Source: Octopus sinensis
Lineage: Eukaryota
Assembly (NCBI RefSeq): GCF_006345805.1
Contig: NC_043015.1
Coordinates: 8,556,001-8,620,000, forward strand
Reading direction: 5' to 3'
Length of the DNA stretch: 64,000 nt
Below are positions 54,666 through 64,000 of this stretch, piece by piece (positions within the stretch are counted from its first letter, which is position 1; each line of letters starts with the position of its first letter). The position numbers and the translations under genes are program-made. A model generated the notes under the pieces. It had not been told where the DNA came from. It searched no databases and saw only the letters and a program-made list of their open reading frames with translations.

Positions 54666-54962
54666 CGCCTATATATGTATATATATATATATATGCATGT
54701 ATGTGTATTTATGTATGACTGCATGCATCTATGTATATATGAGTGTGTATGTGTATACCTGTACAGCCCTACACGAATACAAGCATAAACATGTAAAGGC
54801 ATTAAATTTGAGGCACGCTGAGTCATAGCTATGTCCTAGTTATGTAGGGTCATAGTCGAATAAATTGACAGCAAAATTTATTTATGGCTCCTACTGTACT
54901 AGTTCGTTTCGCGAACTGCTAAGTTACAGGGACATATATTATGCAACGCAGAAATTTATATA

Positions 54963-55085
54963 CAGGAGTGGCTATGTGGTAAGTAGCTTGCTTTCCAACC
55001 ACATAGTTCTGAGGTAACTTAGGCAACTGCCTTTTACTTTAGCCCTGGGCTGTACAAAGCGTCATGAGTGTATTTCGTACACAGA
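54963..55085 (+). mobile_element. SINE family A 5' part
   Basis: Consensus head. Confidence 0.75.
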
Positions 55086-55105
55086 AACTGAAAGAAGCCC
55101 ATCGT

Positions 55106-55225
<120 letters not shown>

Positions 55226-55376
55226 AAGGGTGAAAAGGAACGACCTCGAACACACAAGTGCAAACAAGGGAGTCAGAGAAAGGCAGAATGCCACTTATAT
55301 CTGAACACTACTATAGAAATATTCCTTTAAAAAAACTTTTCTTCTAATTTTTCTAAATTTAATTATTTAATCGTTA

Positions 55377-55414
55377 CAGTTGAAAAGGTCTCAAAATGAC
55401 CGAAACCGGTACTG
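55377..55414 (+). ncRNA. Minimal type I hammerhead with U3-A8 core variant
   Basis: CAG-UUGAAAA-GGUC-UCAAAAU-GACC-GAAA-CCGG-UA-CUG: stem I CAG/CUG, stem II GGUC/GACC, palindromic CCGG stem III, GUA triplet. Confidence 0.7.
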
Positions 55415-55477
55415 AAATGTTCACTATAAAATTATTTTAGCATTTTCTATTTTTGACTTGTTTTTTCATATATATAT

Positions 55478-55520
<43 letters not shown>

Positions 55521-55612
55521 CAACAATGAGGGTAAAATTAATTAATTATTAATCAGTTTCACCAAGTGTTCAGTATGTAAATGGACCATTATAGGCGAAT
55601 TCAAAATATTAC

Positions 55613-55729
55613 ATTATATATAAGGGCTTAGTAAAATAAATTACTTTGCCACATACTGAACTCATTAGAAATAGCAGCTATTTCTAATGAGTTCAGTATG
55701 TGGCAAAGTAATTTATTTTACTAAGCCCT

Positions 55730-55739
<10 letters not shown>
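55613..55739. repeat. Perfect palindrome with 63-bp arms and a 1-nt spacer
   Basis: 55613-55675 is the exact reverse complement of 55677-55739. Confidence 0.95.
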
Positions 55740-55769
<30 letters not shown>

Positions 55770-55809
55770 GTATACATATGTGTGTGTATGTGTGTGTGTT
55801 CGTGTACGT

Positions 55810-55990
55810 TTATTTGTCCACCACCCAACATCGCTTGAAAACCGATGCTTTGGTGTTAGCTGTTCGGCGAAAGAGACCGACTGAATTAGTACCAGGCATA
55901 AAAGAATAAGTCCTGTGGTCAATTTGGTCGACTAAAAATGGTTCACCAGCATGGTCTCACACAAATGACTGAAACAAGTAAAAGAATGAA
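55810..55990 (+). mobile_element. SINE family A 3' part
   Basis: Consensus tail. Confidence 0.75.
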
Positions 55991-56013
55991 TGAATATGTA
56001 AAAGATATATATA

Positions 56014-56093
<80 letters not shown>

Positions 56094-56261
56094 GTATATA
56101 TACGTATGTAATTACATCTGTGTATATATGCATAGATATGTGTGCATATGCATATATTTATATATATATATATAATATATATATACAAATATTATATATA
56201 CATATATATATATAATATTTATATATTATGATATATATATATATTTATATAATATTTATAT

Positions 56262-56302
<41 letters not shown>

Positions 56303-57182
56303 TATATACAAAATATTTATACATATATATGCTAATCAGTCCCATTTTCACATTTAATTAAAATGTGTTTTACACCTAAATTTATGACAGCAAAACAGAT
56401 TTAAACAAATGAAATAAGTGCCCAACTTTTTAAAAAAGTGCTTGTTCGAACTTACAAGATTTATCTTTGTTCTTTTTTTGCCAATAACTTTAAGTAGTTC
56501 GAAAGCAAGTTACTTCTGTATGTTGTGGCGTATCCTGTTATTCTGACATTATATTTATAAAGGTTTTATACAATGTAACTGAAAGCTTAAAAAATTCACT
56601 TCCATAACATTAATCGTATTATTAAAAAAATCAAGATATTTATATTATGTTTCTTTCATGTAAAAGCACTTATGGAAAATATTTTTCGATTTCCGTTTAA
56701 GAATTTATGGGGATTAATTCGAAATTCCCATAACGTTTTGCATTCATATATGTTTATTATTCTTTCGCCTGCATGCTTTGTTGCTAATTACAAGGTAGCT
56801 TATGTTCCTATTAAAAGGAGTGATTTTGAAAAACGTAGGTAAAATACAAATGAGATCTTGATAATTACGTGTAAGCTTGCTCTCCTCGTGCGTTGAACTG
56901 ACAAATACAGGACGCATGAGACCCACTGCCAGCGAAGAATAGTCAGATTTTTATTCGTAGCACAAATTCATATATGTTGTGGGTGCACCTGCAGAGCGCA
57001 CACATATACATTGGATTACATATATGTATGTGTGTATATGTATATACATTTATATATGTGCATGTGTGTGCCTGCGTGCGCGTGTGTGTCTGCGTGTATC
57101 TGCGTGATACTACCGAAAAACCACAACAATGTACACGGATTGTACGCGAATGAGTAAAAAAATATTTTAAAAGACTTAACGC

Positions 57183-57575
57183 AGGAGAGGCTGTGTGGTA
57201 AGTAGCTTGTTTACCAACCACATGGTTCTGGGTTCAGTCCCACTGCGTGGCAACTTGGGTAAGTGCCTTCTACTATCGCCTCAGGCCGACCAAAGCCTTG
57301 TGAGTGGGTTTGGTAGACGGAAACTGAAAAGAAACCCGTCGTATATATGTGTATATATATATGCATGTGTGTCTGTGTTTGTCCCCCTAGCATTGCTTGA
57401 TAACCGATGCGGGTGTGTTTATGTCCCCGTTACTAAGCGGTTCGGCAAAAGAGACCGATAGAATAAGTATTGGGCTTAGAAAAGAATGAGTCCCGTGGTC
57501 GAGTTGCTCGATTAAAGGCGGTGCTCCAGCATGGCCGCAGTCAAATGATTGAAACATGTAAAAGAGTAAAGAGAA
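57183..57575 (+). mobile_element. SINE family A, full length
   Basis: Consensus match. Confidence 0.9.
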
Positions 57576-58131
57576 AGTTAATTGTTAATGTAATTGGATC
57601 CAATTTCTGATTAAACCCGTGAGAAACTGTATTTCTTCCTTCGTCAATGCTATACACGAGAAATATAGCAACAAATAATTAGGCATAACCGTAGAAAACA
57701 TTCACGCAACCTTATACAAATATTTACATGCACAGATCAAAGAACAGTAAAATTAATACTTTTTCACTATAACCGGATGTATATTATCGAAGTAGCTCCG
57801 CATAAACTGCTATTCCGATTACGAGTAAAAATAATTATATTATTTCATTTTATTTATTAATTAAAGGATAAAATCACATAAATTAATTTCATCTGGTAGT
57901 CAGCATACACGAACATTAGTGGGGCGAATGAATATATACTAAAAAGATTTCACGTTAATTGGACCCAGTTCGTAATTAACGTGAAATATTTTTAATGTTG
58001 TTTCACTAGCTCGCCTACAATACGCGAATACTTTGGAGTCTTTCGGTAGTATCTGAATGCTTCAGCATTTTCAAGCATGATAAATATAGGTCGTTCTTCT
58101 TTTTCGCCCTTGCTCCCTAAATAAAATTATA

Positions 58132-58412
<281 letters not shown>

Positions 58413-58741
58413 ATATATATAGATGGTTTAATTTAGTTGTTCATTTTGAACCGCTAAAAAGTTTTTTTTTCAAATATTTCATGTATAAGCTTGTATATAT
58501 GTATATAGTGGTATAAATATCAACGCAACTTTTTCCCCTTCCTCTCTTATTTTTCTTTTTTCTTTTTTTTGTCTCTCTCTCCTTCTCCAAACACACAGTC
58601 ACACGCACATGCACACACGTACACACACAAACACACACAAACACACACACCTCCACAAAACGATCATACAATGTGATAAGAATTCTTAAAAACCCAAAAA
58701 GACATTTGACCATCCCCACAATGTTAAAAGGAAATATAATT

Positions 58742-58914
58742 TATGGCTTACCTCCTCGCCACCACACACTCAGTGACATTGTGAAGTGGTCAAAGCTGAA
58801 GTTCTTAGAACCCCCTTGGAGTCAATAGTATGGCCTACCTCCCCACCACCACACACTCAATGTCACTGTGAGGTGGTCAAAACTGAAATTATTAGAACCC
58901 CCTTGGAGTCAATA
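58742..58914. repeat. 87-bp imperfect tandem duplication
   Basis: Units start at 58742 and 58829 (tatggcytacctcc...gaacccccttggagtcaata). Confidence 0.85.
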
Positions 58915-59799
58915 TCCTGTCCAGCAGACCAGAAAACTTCTTTCCTTCTTCTTCCCTCTCCCTTCCCCTCTTTCTCTTTAGCAATAACCTCAGATACAAA
59001 CACACACACAAACTCACACACGCACACACATACATACACACATGTTCTCCCTCTCACTTTCTCCTCATCCACCTCACCCTCTTGTACTGTCTTACATTCC
59101 TCCCCATCACAACAAGAAACTATAAAATGATTAAAATCCGCAGCAAAGGAATTTATTTTCATTTGAAAACCCCGCTAGAATGGGAGAAAGCGCTATTGAA
59201 CTAAGTGATATGATATATATGTAAAAAAAGTAATATATAAATAAATATCTGTAAATACAAAGCATCCGATCTTCTGATTATATCATTTCTTCTAATATAT
59301 ATATATATATTAAAGTCTACTTCGACGGTGTTACCACATCTCTTAGACCCAAGAATACATATTTTCAAGCAGGCTATTGACGCACAGCAGCTTCCTTATG
59401 CAACGACGAACAAGGGAGCTAATGTCTCACTCAACCTGAAACGGTACCTGCAGATCAATGTTTTCTGGTTTATCTCTCTTCATCAACAGAGGATAACCGT
59501 TGACTAGACATGGCAGCATTAACCCTTGTTCGAGGCTTAGTGGTGATCTCGTAAGGAGAAAAGCAATTAGTTTTAAATATTTGAACGAAAAACTAGTTAT
59601 AACCGTACTACACAATAAAGGGCATTTGCTAACGCAAAGTGGGACACCTTATTAGGCCGGTGCTACTACATTTTTAGCCTCACGTAAACTCTTTTCAAGA
59701 TGTCTGTTGATGTACTAATACATCCTTATAAATCGGGCAAGTGAGATAATGTCCCTACTCCAACTTAAATGGTACATGTTCGTGGTATAGGATACAGTT

Positions 59800-59935
59800 G
59801 TCAGCTAGAGCGTTAACACTTAGTGCACATGCACAAAATATCTCCTGGTAATCTGTGCCAAGCGGCTTCCCCCAAGTTGTTTATCTTCGTTACTATGGCA
59901 TCTGTCCGGATACTTATTGATCATACCACTTATTG
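59800..59935 (-). mobile_element. Possible mariner terminal fragment
   Basis: Minus-strand gtggtatgatcaataagtatccggac resembles mariner TIRs. Confidence 0.35.
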
Positions 59936-62440
59936 TATATGTGTGTGTGTGCGCGCATGCCTGTATGTATGTGTTTGTTGTAATGTATGTATATTGTACG
60001 GATATACGTATTGTAAACCAACAGTTGTTTAAGTATATATTCATTTCGCACAACTCTAATGTACAAATTTTTTCACCTGTTTACATGCAATTCTGTAACT
60101 TCATAATTAATGTTGAATATATGAAAGAGATGTAATGTTTTTATGGAGAAACTTAGTACTGCCAGAATAATTGAGGAATTGAATTACATGAGGTTTCTAG
60201 TGAAATATGTTATGTCCATTTTATTCGCACAAAATAGTAAATAATATGTTTCCCAAATGAAAGAAAAAACGATATAATTATAACCGAGTTCATGAAAATA
60301 TTTTATCAATAGTCATAAGACTAGATTCAATCGTAAAGAACTATAGGCCTATCGTTAAAATTCTCGAACTTTGAATCACTCAATATATTCTGCTGATTAT
60401 TATTCAGAAAAACAACTGATTTATAATCAATTAAAATATATATGTATATAAAAATGGCTAGATGTGTGTGTGTGTGTGTGTGTACAGGAATGTAATTTAT
60501 GCACGTCCACAAATCAGCACGCATGTCGCTCCAATTTTAGGACAATCGTCATGATCCTAGCTGTATTTTTGTCAACTTATTTTTACCAGAGGCACCAGCG
60601 AATAACAGTAAAAATATATTTTCAACCAAAACTTTTAACAATTTCCAGGTCGGAGAAATCAACACGGGTTCCAAACAGGAATTAACTCCCCTTCTAACGA
60701 CGAGTAAGTTTTCGTTAAGCCTTTTGTTGTTTTTTCCATCAAGCAAAAACGTTTTTGTTGATATACCGGCAACACACACACACACACGTACACACACACA
60801 CACACACGAACAAGTATGCGTAAAAAACATGTATGCAATAGGTGTACGTACGTTCGTGTGTATGTGTGTGCGTGTTGCCCATATATATATCTATACATAT
60901 TTAAATTAGAACACTGAAGATAGAAATTGATATCAATCAGTTAACATGAATTTCAACCGGTGGTCAAGCATATTCACAAAAAATCCGAATATTTAAATAT
61001 TATATTTCAATTATTAAGTGGAATGATCACTAGAGGGAAATCCTATGCGATAGAAATAGAAGTCAAATCGCCTTACCACAAACAGTGTGTTCTGAAAGGA
61101 AAAAAACAACAAATGCCAAAAATGTAAAAAATAAGTAAGGCATATGAAAATTTACAAAATAAAACGATTGCCTACGTATCATGATTTCATTATTAACACT
61201 TGCAAAATGCCAAACGCAACTATCTGTAAATCCTCAGCGTAGTCAAAATTGCAGATTGCACAACTATTCCTTACTGGGCAGTTTAGCTTGAAGGTAACGC
61301 ACTTGATGCGTAATCACAGGGATGTGAGTTCCAATTTGTTAGGTGGCCGTTAACGAATCTTTCTGCAATATATGTATAGTTTATCCTCTTCATGTTATTG
61401 TATTAGCATTGCCATGCGTTTAAGAATGAATTATTTCTGCATCTTATATTATATATAATGCCATTTTAATCGATTAATGCAAGCATTGCGTCAGCTTCAA
61501 ATAATCCTCTTTCCTTTGAGGCATCAGACCATATAAATATAGTCCAAATAAGAAGGCAAACAACGTTTTTTTATCACATTTCTAATGCCCTGTTCGAAGT
61601 GTATGAACTCTTCCTTCAGCACTAGTTTGTGTAATAGCTCTAAGTGAAAATTTACGTAATATTTGTGTTTCTAAACATGGTAGTGGAACATATTCAGGCA
61701 TGCATCAAATGAGTGCTTTTACACTGTGAGTTTAGCAGACTGCGCTATACAAAAAAGTTTAAACAAAAAAGAAAAGAAATAAAAATCTTGAAGGAGAAGA
61801 CACAGCAAATAAAATGTCAATGCCAAAGCAGATGCAAGTAGGCTTAGGGGATTAAAAAAGTAGTAGAAGCGTAAGACGTGAGGGGAGGAGGCGTTGAGGA
61901 GAATGAAGAGAACGAGAAGAAGGTAGGACGAAAACAAGTGATAGAGAAAGATAAGTGGACGATCCTTGTTCTTCTACTTCTTCTTTGTCCCCGACTCTAC
62001 TTTTATCTGCTTTCAATTTGATATTGTAATTGCCCCGTCCGAATCTTCACAATCTGTTTTCTAGTTCGTATTTATTATTTGTACTTTTTGTTTCCTCTCA
62101 ATATAATTAAAACACAAAGCAAAACATTTGATGCAGTTTTGAAATGTCACTGTGATATTTCAATCTGGTGTTGCAAACAGAGTTCGTACAACAACAATTG
62201 TCGTTGCGTATTGTCGTTGCGTATTATTTTTTTTCATATTTAGATTCAGTTTTACGTTTCACATGATGTTTTCTCTGTGGCGATATCTGGATTTTCACAT
62301 AAGCTCGTGAATGTAGATAGCCGAAACCTGGGGATGAGTGCTGCATTTGAAATTAGTCAAATATCTATCATCCCAGGAACTTAAATGTACAGGCCCCCAC
62401 ACACACAGAGTCATATATATATATATATATATTATATTAT

Positions 62441-62490
<50 letters not shown>

Positions 62491-63020
62491 ATTATATTAT
62501 ATTATATTATATTATATTATATTATATTATATTATACTATATATACATATAGTGAGAGAGAGAGAGAGGGAGAAATGTGAAAGCAGGAGAGAGAATTTCA
62601 AAAGCTAAAATAGAAACACGGCAAAATAATGTACAGAGAATTCACACACAAGCCATAGACATGCCCTTCCCTCGTCAATTGATCTAAAAGTTTATGAAAA
62701 TTTCACTGCGAAAGGTTAAAAGAACAAGGAAAGGTTAAAAGAAAAGAACAAATTTGGTGAAGAAAGTAAAAGAAAGATATAGATGAAGTGAGGAGCGTGA
62801 ATGATCGAGTCAGTGGTGAAGTGAAAAGAGGATGTTAGGGAGGGGAATTAAAATGCCACGGATCACAATTGTTGGAGCAGAAGGGCAATTCAGAAAACGG
62901 TAAGGGGAATGAGAAAGCAAAAGCAACAGAGACATCGTGAGCGAGTAAAAGAAAAGGAGATAGATGTGAAAGTACTATACATAATACTATACATCTTATA
63001 ATAACATACTGTATTATAAT

Positions 63021-63123
<103 letters not shown>

Positions 63124-63132
63124 GTTCCCCAA

Positions 63133-63175
<43 letters not shown>

Positions 63176-63362
63176 CTTTTATTATTTTTTTATTTTATTA
63201 AGTTATTTGACTGTCGCCATACTGTTGATGTTGTTGTTGCTGTTGTAGTTGTTGTTGTTGTTGTTCTTCTTATTAATATTATTATCATTATTATTATTAC
63301 TATAGTAGTAACAACATCGAAAAATATCTTAGGAATTAGAACAGTTTCAAAATTTCCCCAAG

Positions 63363-63406
63363 ACACCTGTTGAAGGCTTGACGGTATATCAGCCGAAACG
63401 TTGTGT
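63363..63406 (+). ncRNA. Minimal type I hammerhead (A6U core change) in a PLE-terminal remnant
   Basis: ACAC-CUGUUGA-A-GGCU(U)G...CAGCC-GAAA-CG-UU-GUGU; palindromic AACGUU stem III. Confidence 0.7.
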
Positions 63407-63794
63407 TAACAACAAACAAGATGAGGACAAATATCTGTCAAATGTAAATAATGTAAATAACGTATATAATTCTTCATCTCTTAAATATAAAACTGCATTA
63501 AACTGACGCCAGTACTTATTTAATTAAGCCTAATAATTATTCTAGTTCTAGCGTAAGTAAATACGCCAACCCCGATTTCAAGCTGTTATGCTCCTACGTA
63601 TATACACGTACGCATACACGCGCCCGCACACAAATATATATATACATATATATTACATGCATATAACTTCCTCTCTCTCTCTCTCTCTTTATATATATAA
63701 AGAAAGAGGGAGAGATAAACATTCTTATTTCTAAATCTCTTAAAGAGATATATTCAGTAACAATTCTTTAAAGTAAAGACTATTTGAGAATATA

Positions 63795-64000
63795 ATGTGG
63801 CTGTCCTAGAAGGGATGATTGTTACTGTTGTTTATCGCCAGCTGATATCATTTCCAGTTGGCTATATGGCTCAATATCTGTGTCCTTATATTTTCGAACG
63901 TGGAGTCCAGCGCTTCCATCCAGCACAGACCAACATCTCTGAAGCGGTTTCTGGGTTATTACGCTTCATCAACACAGAGTAGCTGAATTCTCTGTCGAAA
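63795..64000. repeat. Probable dispersed repeat, truncated by the window end
   Basis: Higher GC block; weak motif similarity to the centre of the 14760 foldback. Confidence 0.3.

Overview
AT-rich eukaryotic genomic DNA, almost certainly cephalopod (Octopus-like). This is inferred from extreme (TA)n/(CA)n/(ATT)n microsatellite density, abundant mollusc-type tRNA-SINEs, R4/Dong LINE relics and Penelope-like elements (PLEs). Most ORF-track entries are microsatellite artefacts. Supported content: three SINE families; degenerate R4/Dong, CR1, Gypsy, Tc1/mariner and PLE fragments; a solo LTR; MITE-like foldbacks; and several PLE-type minimal hammerhead ribozyme (HHR) motifs, one with a compensatory U3-A8 core. 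Two related non-coding ~0.85-1.1 kb direct-repeat-flanked elements look like non-autonomous PLE/retrozyme-type elements and carry a possibly permuted HHR core. A phase-consistent nine-exon + strand gene candidate (~384 aa, signal-peptide-like N-terminus, no recognised family) spans 44-43864. A convincing isolated - strand exon lies at 54112-54255. Gene models were read by eye, are unvalidated and low-to-moderate confidence. No prokaryotic features, CRISPR arrays, rRNA or true tRNA genes were seen.
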